Positions 40,208 to 51,125 of a DNA stretch of 64,000 nt are shown in pieces. Both the position numbers and the translations under genes were made by a program. Positions within the stretch are counted from its first letter, which is position 1. Every line of letters starts with the position of its first letter. The DNA is taken from NCBI RefSeq assembly GCF_058153355.1, contig NZ_CM177019.1; one strand, given 5' to 3'. The notes beneath the pieces are model-generated. The model worked only from the letters and a program-made list of their open reading frames with translations. It was not told where the DNA came from and made no database searches.

Positions 40208-41188
40208 TTACTCTTCGAGCGAATACGGCAGCGGCTCGATATGCAATGTATTCATATCGTCGCGTACGCGGAAGATGCTGTCCGGTTCCATATCGTTATT
40301 CATGACGACCTGTACCACGACCTGACCATCTTCCAGTTTTACCGCAGCCAGCACCGTACCGGTACGACGCCAGTTCTCGCCCATTTTCAGCTCTAAATCT
40401 TCACCCGCTTCCGGCAGTCGGCTGGCGCTACCTGCCAGCAGCCAGAGGGCACGTTTGTTGGCACCGCGGAATTTAGCTCGTGCCACCATCTCTTGTCCGG
40501 TATAACAGCCTTTTTTAAAGCTGATGCCGCCCAGCGCCTGGAGGTTGGTCGCCTGTGGGATAAACTGCCCGCTGTTGGCGGCATCAATCACCGGAAAACC
40601 CGCTTCAATGTTTAATGCCAGCCACTGTTGGCTATTGTTCAGTTCCGCTTCACCGCGCAGTTTATCGGTCAGCGTATTGGCGGTAGCTTCATCGGTTACG
40701 ATCAGGAAACGTTCTGCTGGGTGTTCAAACCATAGCAGGGTAGTCGCACCTTCTCTGATAACCTGCTTTTCCTTCGAAGGTAATTCACTAAAGAGGTTAG
40801 CCAGCGCAGCGCGTGCCTGAAAACCGGCAACACCAAGCAGCACACGTTCATCGTCTGGCGCGATGGTCACTTTAGAGAACACCGCATATTTTTTCAGTTC
40901 AGTCAGTTGCGACTCGCGCACGCTGCGCCGTTCAATCCACGCAAAGCCATCGCCGTCGCGGAACAGACGTAAATTGCTCCACATTTTACCTTTGGCGTCG
41001 CAATGGGCGGCGAGCAGGTGCTGATCTTCTGTCATCTGGCTGACATCTGCTGTCACCTGACCCTGCATATATTTTTCGCTGTCCGTGCCAGTAATGGTGG
41101 CAAGCGCCCAGTCATCAAGCGTCATCAGCGTCAGCGGTAAACGGGCAGAAGCCGTAGGCTGACGGGGAGGAAAAGGTGTAAAAGCCAT
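40208..41188 (-). CDS. ygfZ: folate-binding tRNA-modification protein
   Basis: Start at 41188 ([19 protein letters not shown]); 326 aa. Confidence 0.9.
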   Translation of the reverse strand: MAFTPFPPRQPTASARLPLTLMTLDDWALATITGTDSEKYMQGQVTADVSQMTEDQHLLAAHCDAKGKMWSNLRLFRDGDGFAWIERRSVRESQLTELKKYAVFSKVTIAPDDERVLLGVAGFQARAALANLFSELPSKEKQVIREGATTLLWFEHPAERFLIVTDEATANTLTDKLRGEAELNNSQQWLALNIEAGFPVIDAANSGQFIPQATNLQALGGISFKKGCYTGQEMVARAKFRGANKRALWLLAGSASRLPEAGEDLELKMGENWRRTGTVLAAVKLEDGQVVVQVVMNNDMEPDSIFRVRDDMNTLHIEPLPYSLEE

Positions 41189-41427
41189 AATGGAGTCCTG
41201 TTTTACAAACGGCGTATTTATGACTAATGGTAAAAGAGCTATGAGGCAATGCAAGTGCTTTCACTACGCGATCTGTGCCTTCTGATATGCTTTGCGAGGC
41301 GACTTCCAAAAAAATGAAGCCCTTGAAATATTGTGGGTTAATTTCGCGATCGCGATTGTGTTTACTGATATTCCCGCAAAAGAAGTCGAAAAACACGTTA
41401 CAATAGCCTGGTACTGGATTTTCGTGA

Positions 41428-42094
<667 letters not shown>

Positions 42095-42133
42095 AGATGA
42101 CGGCAAAGGCTGTGTGCTAAGCCGTCAGTGACA

Positions 42134-42655
42134 TCAGGCGTAATGCTCTGCCATTTCGTTGAGGATTTGCTCGCACCAGCTCTGAATACGCTCGTCGCTA
42201 AGGTCATACTGGTTAGTTTCGTCCAGTGCCAGACCCACGAACAGTTGCCCGTCAGCAATCACCGGTTTCGGGCTGGTAAACTCATATCCTTCCGTTGGCC
42301 AGTAGCCGACGAACTTCACGCCTTTGGTCGAGAGTTTGTCATGCAGCATGCCGAGCGCATCGAGGAACCACTCGCCGTACCCCAGTTGATCGCCAAGCCC
42401 ATACAGCGCAACAATTTTACCTTCGAGATTCAGGTCGTCGAGCTGATCCCAGACGGCTTCCCAGTCTTCCTGGATTTCGCCAAAATCCCAGGTCGGGATA
42501 CCCAGAATGAGCACATCGTACTGCTCCATTAATTTCGGGGAGTCGTCCTTGAGGTTATGTAAGGTCACCAGTTCTGGGCCGATAATATCGCGGATTTTTT
42601 CTGCCGCCATTTCGGTATAACAGGTGCTGGAACCATAAAAAAGACCCATATTCAT
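42134..42655 (-). CDS. fldB: flavodoxin 2
   Basis: 173-aa ORF. Confidence 0.9.
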
Positions 42656-42766
42656 AACGTAAGCTTCTCGATTCTGCTGTGGCTTTTGCGGCTAGTGTAT
42701 CAGAATCGCTTTAGTCACGGCACAATAAGGCATAATGGATCAAATGAGTGACCATAAGGGGCGCAA

Positions 42767-43663
42767 GTGAAACAGGATCTGGCACGCATCGAGCAGTTTC
42801 TTGATGCTCTGTGGCTGGAAAAAAATCTGGCTGAAAATACGTTGAACGCATACCGTCGCGATCTGTCAATGATGGTGGAGTGGTTGCATCACCGCGGGTT
42901 GACGCTGGCGACGGCGCAAAGTGACGATTTGCAGGCATTACTGGCAGAACGGCTGGAGGGCGGGTATAAAGCCACCAGCTCAGCGCGTTTGCTGAGTGCA
43001 GTGCGACGATTGTTCCAGTATCTTTATCGCGAAAACTTTCGTGAAGACGATCCCAGCGCGCATCTGGCTTCGCCGAAATTGCCCCAGCGTTTGCCAAAAG
43101 ATTTAAGCGAAGCGCAGGTCGAACGATTATTACAGGCACCATTAATTGATCAGCCACTGGAGCTGCGCGATAAAGCCATGCTTGAAGTGTTGTATGCTAC
43201 CGGGCTGCGTGTCTCTGAACTGGTCGGGCTGACAATGAGTGATATCAGCCTGCGTCAGGGCGTAGTGCGGGTCATTGGTAAAGGCAACAAAGAACGCCTT
43301 GTGCCGTTAGGTGAAGAGGCGGTTTACTGGCTGGAAACTTATCTGGAACACGGGCGACCGTGGTTGCTAAACGGTGTGTCGATTGACGTGTTGTTTCCCA
43401 GCCAGCGCGCGCAGCAGATGACGAGACAAACCTTCTGGCACCGCATTAAACATTATGCTGTGCTGGCGGGGATCGACAGCGAAAAGCTGTCACCGCATGT
43501 GTTGCGTCACGCCTTTGCCACTCATTTATTAAATCATGGTGCGGATTTACGCGTGGTTCAGATGCTACTGGGCCACAGCGATCTTTCCACCACGCAAATT
43601 TATACGCATGTCGCTACCGAGCGTCTGCGGCAACTTCATCAACAGCATCACCCGCGGGCGTGA
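42767..43663 (+). CDS. xerD: site-specific tyrosine recombinase XerD
   Basis: 298-aa ORF with GTG start; C-terminal HxxR...Y catalytic motifs. Confidence 0.93.
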   Translation: MKQDLARIEQFLDALWLEKNLAENTLNAYRRDLSMMVEWLHHRGLTLATAQSDDLQALLAERLEGGYKATSSARLLSAVRRLFQYLYRENFREDDPSAHLASPKLPQRLPKDLSEAQVERLLQAPLIDQPLELRDKAMLEVLYATGLRVSELVGLTMSDISLRQGVVRVIGKGNKERLVPLGEEAVYWLETYLEHGRPWLLNGVSIDVLFPSQRAQQMTRQTFWHRIKHYAVLAGIDSEKLSPHVLRHAFATHLLNHGADLRVVQMLLGHSDLSTTQIYTHVATERLRQLHQQHHPRA

Positions 43664-43687
43664 TGTCTGAAAAGAACGGGAAGATTT

Positions 43688-44398
43688 ATGAAGAAAGGTT
43701 TTATGTTATTTACGTTGTTGGCGGCGTTTTCTGGTTTTGCTCAGGCTGATGACGCGGCAATTCAACAAACGTTAGCCAAAATGGGCATCAAAAGCAGCGA
43801 TATTCAGCCTGCACCCGTGGCTGGCATGAAGACAGTTCTGACTAACAGCGGTGTGTTGTACATCACCGATGACGGTAAACATATCATTCAGGGGCCAATG
43901 TATGACGTTAGCGGAACGGCTCCGGTCAATGTCACCAATAAGATGCTGTTAAAGCAACTGAACGCGCTTGAAAACGAGATGATCGTTTATAAAGCGCCGC
44001 AGGAAAAACACGTCATTACCGTGTTTACTGATATTACCTGTGGTTACTGCCACAAACTGCATGAGCAAATGGCAGACTACAACGCGCTGGGGATCACCGT
44101 GCGTTATCTTGCTTTCCCTCGCCAGGGGCTGGAGAGCCAGGCTGAGCAACAAATGAAAGCCATCTGGTGTGCGAAAGATAAAAAGAAAGCGTTTGATGAT
44201 GTGATGGCGGGTAAAGCTGCCACTCCGGCAAGTTGCGATATCGATATTGCCGATCATTACGCACTTGGCGTCCAGCTTGGCGTTAGTGGCACTCCGGCAA
44301 TTGTGCTGAGCAATGGCACACTTGTTCCGGGTTACCAGCCGCCGAAAGAGATGAAAGAATTCCTCGACGAACACCAAAAAATGACCAGCGGTAAATAA
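43688..44398 (+). CDS. dsbC: periplasmic disulfide isomerase
   Basis: 236-aa ORF with signal peptide and CGYC active site. Confidence 0.93.
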   Translation: MKKGFMLFTLLAAFSGFAQADDAAIQQTLAKMGIKSSDIQPAPVAGMKTVLTNSGVLYITDDGKHIIQGPMYDVSGTAPVNVTNKMLLKQLNALENEMIVYKAPQEKHVITVFTDITCGYCHKLHEQMADYNALGITVRYLAFPRQGLESQAEQQMKAIWCAKDKKKAFDDVMAGKAATPASCDIDIADHYALGVQLGVSGTPAIVLSNGTLVPGYQPPKEMKEFLDEHQKMTSGK

Positions 44399-44403
44399 TT
44401 CGC

Positions 44404-46137
44404 GTGAAACAACAGATACAACTTCGTCGCCGTGAAGTCGATGAAACGGCAGACTTGCCCGCTGAATTGCCTCCCTTGCTGCGCCGTTTATATGCCAGCC
44501 GGGGAGTACGCAGTGCGCAAGAACTGGAACGTAGTGTAAAAGGTATGCTGCCCTGGCAGCAACTGAGCGGCGTCGAAAAGGCCGTTGAGATCCTTTACAA
44601 CGCTTTTCGCGAAGGAACGCGGATTATGGTGGTCGGTGACTTCGACGCCGACGGTGCCACCAGCACGGCTCTAAGCGTGCTGGCGATGCGCTCGCTTGGT
44701 TGCAGCAATATCGACTACCTGGTACCAAACCGTTTCGAAGACGGTTACGGCTTAAGCCCGGAAGTGGTCGATCAGGCCCATGCCCGTGGCGCGCAGTTAA
44801 TTGTCACGGTGGATAACGGCATTTCCTCCCATGCGGGGGTTGAACATGCTCGATCGTTGGGCATTCCGGTTATTGTTACCGATCACCATTTGCCGGGCGA
44901 AACATTACCCGCGGCGGAAGCGATCATTAACCCTAACTTGCGCGACTGCAATTTCCCGTCGAAATCACTGGCAGGCGTGGGTGTGGCGTTTTATTTAATG
45001 CTGGCGCTGCGCACCTTTTTGCGTGATCAGGGCTGGTTTGATGAGCGCGGCATCGCAATTCCTAACCTGGCAGAACTGCTGGATCTGGTCGCGTTGGGGA
45101 CAGTGGCGGACGTCGTGCCGCTGGACGCTAATAATCGCATTCTGACCTGGCAGGGGATGAGTCGCATCCGTGCCGGAAAGTGCCGTCCAGGGATTAAAGC
45201 GTTGCTGGAAGTGGCCAACCGCGATGCGCAAAAACTCGCCGCCAGCGATTTAGGTTTTGCGCTGGGGCCACGTCTCAATGCAGCTGGGAGACTGGATGAT
45301 ATGTCCGTTGGTGTGGCGCTGTTGCTGTGCGACAACATCGGCGAAGCGCGAGTACTGGCAAATGAACTCGATGCGCTAAACCAGACGCGAAAAGAGATCG
45401 AACAGGGAATGCAGGTTGAAGCCCTGACCCTGTGCGAGAAACTGGAGCGCAGCCGCGACACGCTACCCGGCGGGCTGGCAATGTATCACCCGGAATGGCA
45501 TCAGGGCGTGGTTGGTATTCTGGCTTCGCGTATTAAAGAGCGTTTTCACCGTCCGGTTATCGCTTTTGCGCCTGCGGGTGACGGTACGCTGAAAGGTTCC
45601 GGTCGCTCCATTCAGGGGCTGCATATGCGTGATGCGCTGGAGCGGCTAGACACACTCTACCCCGGCATGATGCTGAAGTTTGGCGGTCATGCGATGGCGG
45701 CAGGCCTGTCGCTGGAAGAGGATAAATTCGAACTCTTTCAGCAACGGTTTGGCGAACTGGTTACTGAGTGGCTGGACCCTTCGCTATTGCAAGGCGAAGT
45801 GGTGTCAGACGGTCCGCTAAGCCCAGCCGAAATGACCATGGAAGTGGCGCAGCTGCTGCGCGATGCTGGCCCGTGGGGGCAGATGTTCCCGGAGCCGCTG
45901 TTTGACGGTCATTTCCGTCTGCTGCAACAGCGACTGGTGGGTGAACGTCATTTGAAAGTCATGGTCGAACCGGTCGGCGGCGGTCCGCTGCTGGACGGTA
46001 TTGCTTTTAATGTCGATACCGCCCTCTGGCCGGATAACGGCGTGCGCGAAGTGCAACTGGCTTACAAGCTGGATATCAACGAGTTTCGTGGCAACCGCAG
46101 CCTGCAAATTATCATCGACAATATCTGGCCAATTTAG
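44404..46137 (+). CDS. recJ: single-stranded-DNA-specific 5'-3' exonuclease RecJ
   Basis: 577-aa ORF with GTG start; DHH motif. Confidence 0.93.
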   Translation: MKQQIQLRRREVDETADLPAELPPLLRRLYASRGVRSAQELERSVKGMLPWQQLSGVEKAVEILYNAFREGTRIMVVGDFDADGATSTALSVLAMRSLGCSNIDYLVPNRFEDGYGLSPEVVDQAHARGAQLIVTVDNGISSHAGVEHARSLGIPVIVTDHHLPGETLPAAEAIINPNLRDCNFPSKSLAGVGVAFYLMLALRTFLRDQGWFDERGIAIPNLAELLDLVALGTVADVVPLDANNRILTWQGMSRIRAGKCRPGIKALLEVANRDAQKLAASDLGFALGPRLNAAGRLDDMSVGVALLLCDNIGEARVLANELDALNQTRKEIEQGMQVEALTLCEKLERSRDTLPGGLAMYHPEWHQGVVGILASRIKERFHRPVIAFAPAGDGTLKGSGRSIQGLHMRDALERLDTLYPGMMLKFGGHAMAAGLSLEEDKFELFQQRFGELVTEWLDPSLLQGEVVSDGPLSPAEMTMEVAQLLRDAGPWGQMFPEPLFDGHFRLLQQRLVGERHLKVMVEPVGGGPLLDGIAFNVDTALWPDNGVREVQLAYKLDINEFRGNRSLQIIIDNIWPI

Positions 46138-46227
46138 CGTCATATTATCTATAAAAAAGAGCGTGGATTGGGTACAATCCCGCTCTTATCACCGCATTTT
46201 GACTAGCTCAATAAAAGAAATCAGACC

Positions 46228-47326
46228 ATGTTTGAAATTAATCCGGTAAATAATCGCATTCAGGACCTCACGGAACGCTCCGACGTTCTTAGGGGGTATC
46301 TTTGACTACGACGCCAAGAAAGAGCGTCTGGAAGAAGTAAACGCCGAGCTGGAACAGCCGGATGTCTGGAACGAACCCGAACGCGCACAGGCGCTGGGTA
46401 AAGAGCGTTCCTCCCTCGAAGCCGTTGTCGACACCCTCGACCAAATGAAACAGGGGCTGGAAGATGTTTCTGGTCTGCTGGAGCTGGCTGTAGAAGCTGA
46501 CGACGAAGAAACCTTTAACGAAGCCGTTGCTGAACTCGACGCCCTGGAAGAAAAACTGGCGCAGCTTGAGTTCCGTCGTATGTTCTCTGGCGAATATGAT
46601 AGCGCCGACTGCTACCTCGATATTCAGGCAGGTTCTGGCGGTACGGAAGCACAGGACTGGGCGAGCATGCTTGAGCGTATGTATCTGCGCTGGGCTGAAT
46701 CGCGTGGTTTCAAAACTGAAATCATCGAAGAGTCGGAAGGTGAAGTGGCGGGTATTAAATCCGTGACTATCAAAATCTCCGGCGATTACGCTTACGGCTG
46801 GCTGCGTACTGAAACCGGCGTTCACCGCCTGGTGCGCAAGAGCCCGTTTGACTCCGGCGGTCGTCGCCACACGTCGTTCAGCTCCGCGTTTGTTTACCCG
46901 GAAGTCGATGATGATATCGATATCGAAATCAATCCGGCGGATCTGCGCATCGACGTTTATCGCGCATCCGGCGCGGGTGGTCAGCACGTTAACCGTACCG
47001 AATCTGCGGTGCGTATTACTCACATCCCAACCGGGATTGTGACCCAATGCCAGAACGACCGTTCCCAGCACAAGAACAAAGACCAGGCCATGAAGCAGAT
47101 GAAAGCGAAGCTTTATGAACTGGAGATGCAGAAGAAAAATGCCGAGAAACAGGCGATGGAAGATAACAAATCTGACATCGGCTGGGGCAGCCAGATTCGT
47201 TCTTATGTCCTTGATGACTCCCGCATTAAAGATCTGCGTACCGGGGTAGAAACTCGTAACACGCAGGCAGTGCTGGACGGCAGCCTGGATCAATTTATCG
47301 AAGCAAGTTTGAAAGCAGGGTTATGA
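46228..47326 (+). CDS. prfB: peptide chain release factor 2, requires programmed +1 frameshift
   Basis: Frame-0 ATG at 46228 runs 25 codons to in-frame TGA at 46303-46305 within AGGGGGTATCTTTGAC; +1 frame from 46304 continues to 47326 and contains the SPF and GGQ motifs. Confidence 0.93.
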
Positions 47327-47335
47327 GGAACCAAC

Positions 47336-48853
47336 ATGTCTGAACAACACGCACAGGGCGCTGACGCGGTAGTCGATCTTAACAATGAACTGAAAACGCG
47401 TCGTGAGAAGCTGGCGAACCTGCGTGAGCAGGGGATTGCCTTCCCGAACGATTTCCGTCGCGATCATACCTCTGACCAATTGCACGCAGAATTCGACGGC
47501 AAAGAAAACGAAGAACTGGAAGCGCTGAACATCGAAGTTGCCGTTGCTGGCCGCATGATGACCCGCCGTATTATGGGTAAAGCGTCTTTCGTTACCCTGC
47601 AGGATGTGGGGGGCCGCATTCAGCTGTACGTTGCTCGTGACGATCTGCCGGAAGGCGTTTACAACGAGCAGTTCAAAAAATGGGACCTCGGCGATATCCT
47701 CGGCGCGAAAGGTAAACTGTTCAAAACCAAAACCGGCGAACTGTCTATCCACTGCACCGAGCTGCGTCTGCTGACCAAAGCACTGCGTCCGCTGCCGGAC
47801 AAATTCCACGGTTTGCAGGATCAGGAAGCGCGCTATCGTCAGCGTTATCTGGATCTCATTTCTAACGATGAATCCCGCAACACCTTTAAAGTGCGTTCGC
47901 AGATCCTCTCTGGCATTCGCCAGTTCATGGTGAATCGTGGCTTTATGGAAGTTGAAACGCCGATGATGCAGGTGATCCCAGGCGGCGCGGCGGCGCGTCC
48001 GTTTATCACCCATCACAATGCGCTGGATCTCGACATGTACTTGCGTATCGCGCCGGAACTGTACCTCAAGCGTCTGGTGGTTGGTGGCTTCGAGCGTGTA
48101 TTCGAAATCAACCGTAACTTCCGTAACGAAGGTATCTCCGTACGTCATAACCCAGAGTTCACCATGATGGAACTCTATATGGCTTACGCTGATTACAAAG
48201 ATCTGATCGAGCTGACCGAATCGCTGTTCCGTACTCTGGCACAGGATATTCTCGGTAAGACCGAAGTGACCTACGGCGACGTGACGCTGGACTTCGGTAA
48301 ACCGTTCGAAAAACTGACCATGCGTGAAGCGATCAAGAAATATCGCCCGGAAACCGACATGGCGGATCTGGACAACTTCGACTCTGCGAAAGCGATTGCT
48401 GAATCTATCGGCATCCACGTTGAGAAGAGCTGGGGTCTGGGCCGTATCGTTACCGAGATCTTCGAAGAAGTGGCAGAAGCACATCTGATCCAGCCGACCT
48501 TCATTACTGAATATCCGGCAGAAGTTTCTCCGCTGGCGCGTCGTAACGACGTTAACCCGGAAATCACTGACCGCTTTGAGTTCTTCATTGGTGGTCGTGA
48601 AATCGGTAACGGCTTTAGCGAGTTGAATGACGCGGAAGATCAGGCGCAGCGCTTCCTGGATCAGGTTGCCGCGAAAGACGCAGGCGACGACGAAGCGATG
48701 TTCTACGACGAAGATTACGTCACCGCACTGGAACACGGCTTACCGCCGACAGCAGGTCTGGGAATTGGTATCGACCGTATGGTAATGCTGTTCACCAACA
48801 GCCATACCATCCGCGACGTTATTCTGTTCCCGGCGATGCGTCCGGTGAAATAA
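47336..48853 (+). CDS. lysS: lysyl-tRNA synthetase (constitutive)
   Basis: 505-aa [28 protein letters not shown]... Confidence 0.95.
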
Positions 48854-48888
48854 GCATTACGTTATGCTCACAACCCCGGCAAATGTCG

Positions 48889-50314
48889 TAATGCCAGTCA
48901 GTTAAGCAACTGACTGGCTCTTTTTCGGGGCTGTGGGGTATTTCCAGGGCCTCTCCTTTACCACTCTCGGGAAGGCCCTTTCCCTTCTTGTCGGTAATTT
49001 CACAAGTTGTCCCATACTTGCAAGATCGCGCATCAGCTCCGGTATACGTCCCGGTGAAGCGCCCTGCAATGTCATCAGCATTCTCATCACCATTCCGCAT
49101 GATTCTGAGAAACTCAGTTGATTCGGCCAGTAACCTTTCAGATGTTCCGCCATTTTAATCATCTGATATCTCACCAGATTATAAGCCAGTAAGACACCCC
49201 ACAGCTCTTGCTCCACAAGCTCCGGCTTTTTACTTCTCAGCGTCAGCCTGCTCAGTTGCATCGTCTGTTTTATCTCCCTGTATCCCAGTTCGATTTCCCA
49301 GCGATGACTGTACAGATCCGCCATTTCTCCTCCGGGGAAGCGCATGGCGTCCGTCATCGACGTCAGCAGATGGCAGACTTTTCCTTTGCGCGTCACGGTC
49401 AGCAGGCGGGCTGTCACTTCATTTCCCAGTCCCGGCCACTTTTTTCGTGCCTGCGGGCTGGTTTTCAGCTTCACCAGATGATCGCCTTTACCCAGTTTTC
49501 TGATCTCTTCATATTGCGCTCCCTTTCTGAGAGGTATCATCCAGTGGCGGTGTTCTCCCGCCAGGCTCCAGGCATTTAACAGTCCCAGTGAGTAATAACC
49601 TTTATCCATTAACGTCAGAGTGTTATCGCCGGTTTGTTCTATAAGTTGCTCAGCAAGCTCATTTTCGCTGTTCTTCATCGTGCCGAAGGCTGCAGCCGTC
49701 AGCAGATGGCTGGTCAGTTCCATCTGGCAGACCATTTTGACCTGCGGGTAGAGCGCCGGGTTCCCGGCATGTGTCTGGCGGGGGAAGGCTGCATCGTTCT
49801 CTGGTGTATCCGGTGTGCGCCAGAACACACCATCGATGGCCAGCAGGGTCAGGCCGCACCAGTGCGGATGCGGCGTGGCGTTATGCCAGAGCTGCGCTGT
49901 TTTCGTGAACACGCGGCGGACAGCCTCACTTCCCAGGCGCTGGCGGGCCTGAATAACGGCACTGGGGGCAACGAAGGGGCGATTGCCCGGCAGCATGATG
50001 TCCAGGCGATTCACAATCTGGTGAAGAGGTTCTTTACGCTCAAGCGCCATGCCAACAATACACCAGACCATCATTTCGAGGGGAAGACGGCGCTTGCGTA
50101 GCGTTACAGTACCTGATTCGGCAAGGCAACGAGAGATGAGTTCGGGGTCGAGGTAATCCCCCAGAGAAGTCAGTGGGTTACGCAGAGAATCGTAACGGGA
50201 TACCAGATCAAGAGCCTGTCCAATGTGCATAAAAAAATCCGGAAACAAGTGAGCGTTTCCGGATTCTTACACAGCCACTGGATCGGTCAACTGATCCTTA
50301 ACTGATCGGCATTA
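48889..50314 (-). mobile_element. IS4 insertion sequence
   Basis: 1426 bp; 18-bp imperfect terminal inverted repeats TAATGCCAGTCAGTTAAG (48889-48906) and CTTAACTGATCGGCATTA (50297-50314); flanked by 12-bp direct repeat CGGCAAATGTCG at 48877-48888 and 50315-50326. Confidence 0.92.
48902..50230 (-). CDS. insG: IS4 transposase
   Basis: Start at ATG 50230 ([14 protein letters not shown]); 442 aa; the ORF-track start at 50248 is not ATG. Confidence 0.9.
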   Translation of the reverse strand: MHIGQALDLVSRYDSLRNPLTSLGDYLDPELISRCLAESGTVTLRKRRLPLEMMVWCIVGMALERKEPLHQIVNRLDIMLPGNRPFVAPSAVIQARQRLGSEAVRRVFTKTAQLWHNATPHPHWCGLTLLAIDGVFWRTPDTPENDAAFPRQTHAGNPALYPQVKMVCQMELTSHLLTAAAFGTMKNSENELAEQLIEQTGDNTLTLMDKGYYSLGLLNAWSLAGEHRHWMIPLRKGAQYEEIRKLGKGDHLVKLKTSPQARKKWPGLGNEVTARLLTVTRKGKVCHLLTSMTDAMRFPGGEMADLYSHRWEIELGYREIKQTMQLSRLTLRSKKPELVEQELWGVLLAYNLVRYQMIKMAEHLKGYWPNQLSFSESCGMVMRMLMTLQGASPGRIPELMRDLASMGQLVKLPTRRERAFPRVVKERPWKYPTAPKKSQSVA

Positions 50315-50333
50315 CGGCAAATGTCGGGGTTTT

Positions 50334-50877
50334 TTATTTAAGCTGGGTAAATGCAGATAATCGTTTTCTGGCTTCGCGATTTGTCGCCTGCATCACCATC
50401 CACGGACTGAACGCCCACGGCGTGGCATCAATACCGCGTAAAACCGCTGCTAAATCACACCATTGATAATCCATCACTTCATCATCGTTGATCTGTAACG
50501 CACTGGTCGTGCGTGCGGCAAATACCGGACATACTTCATTTCTACAATGCCATTCGGATCGGTGGCGCGATAGCGAAAGTCAGGATAGATTCAGGAGGTG
50601 TAATTTCCACGCCAAGCTCATAACGGCAACGGCGGATCACCGCGTCTTCGTTGCTTTCTCCCAGTTGTGGGTGCCCACAAACCGAGTTAGTCCACACGCC
50701 CGGCCATGCTTTTTTGCTAAGGGCGCGGCGGGTAACTAATAATTGCCCTTTGGCATTAAACAGCCAGCAGGAGAACGCGAGATGTAAGAGAGTGTCTGCC
50801 GTGTGTGCGGCATACTTTTCCAGCGTACCCGTGGGAACTCCCTGTGCATTCAATAAAATGACGTGTTCCGTTTGCAT
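50334..50877 (-). pseudogene. idi: isopentenyl-diphosphate isomerase, disrupted by frameshifts
   Basis: N-terminal 111 codons (50542-50877) end at a premature stop; the Idi-like C-terminus ([13 protein letters not shown]...[17 protein letters not shown]) continues in a different frame to the stop at 50334-50336. Locus is 544 bp against 549 expected for a 182-aa gene. Confidence 0.7.
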
Positions 50878-50998
50878 AATTTCTCACATGTAATTCTAAT
50901 CACTCATCATTATAGATAATTGAAGAGTGAAATGATTAACCAAGTGAGCGTTTATCGACAACCGCCCGTTTTGAGCGGATGTCGACAGGTAAAACCAT

Positions 50999-51124
50999 TT
51001 AAAAAAGCAGCATCATATATTTGAAGCGACTTTCAATGGCCATTGCAACACAGTCAGAAATGACAGGAATAGAGAGAGTAAAAAGCAACAACAGACTGAA
51101 TATAGCGCGCATTAAAAGATTCAT
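50999..51124 (-). CDS. small hydrophobic protein (41 aa), possibly coupled to uacT
   Basis: ATG at 51122-51124 lies 1 nt after the uacT stop (TAATATG) with GGAG 9 nt upstream; product MNLLMRAIFSLLLLFTLSIPVISDCVAMAIESRFKYMMLLF; below the ORF-track length cut-off. Confidence 0.4.
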   Translation of the reverse strand: MNLLMRAIFSLLLLFTLSIPVISDCVAMAIESRFKYMMLLF

Positions 51125-51125
51125 A

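Noticed and set aside
47321-48736. 471-aa ORF antisense to lysS, and 46289..47293 antisense to prfB
   Set aside because: Antisense shadow frames of essential conserved genes; no start context.
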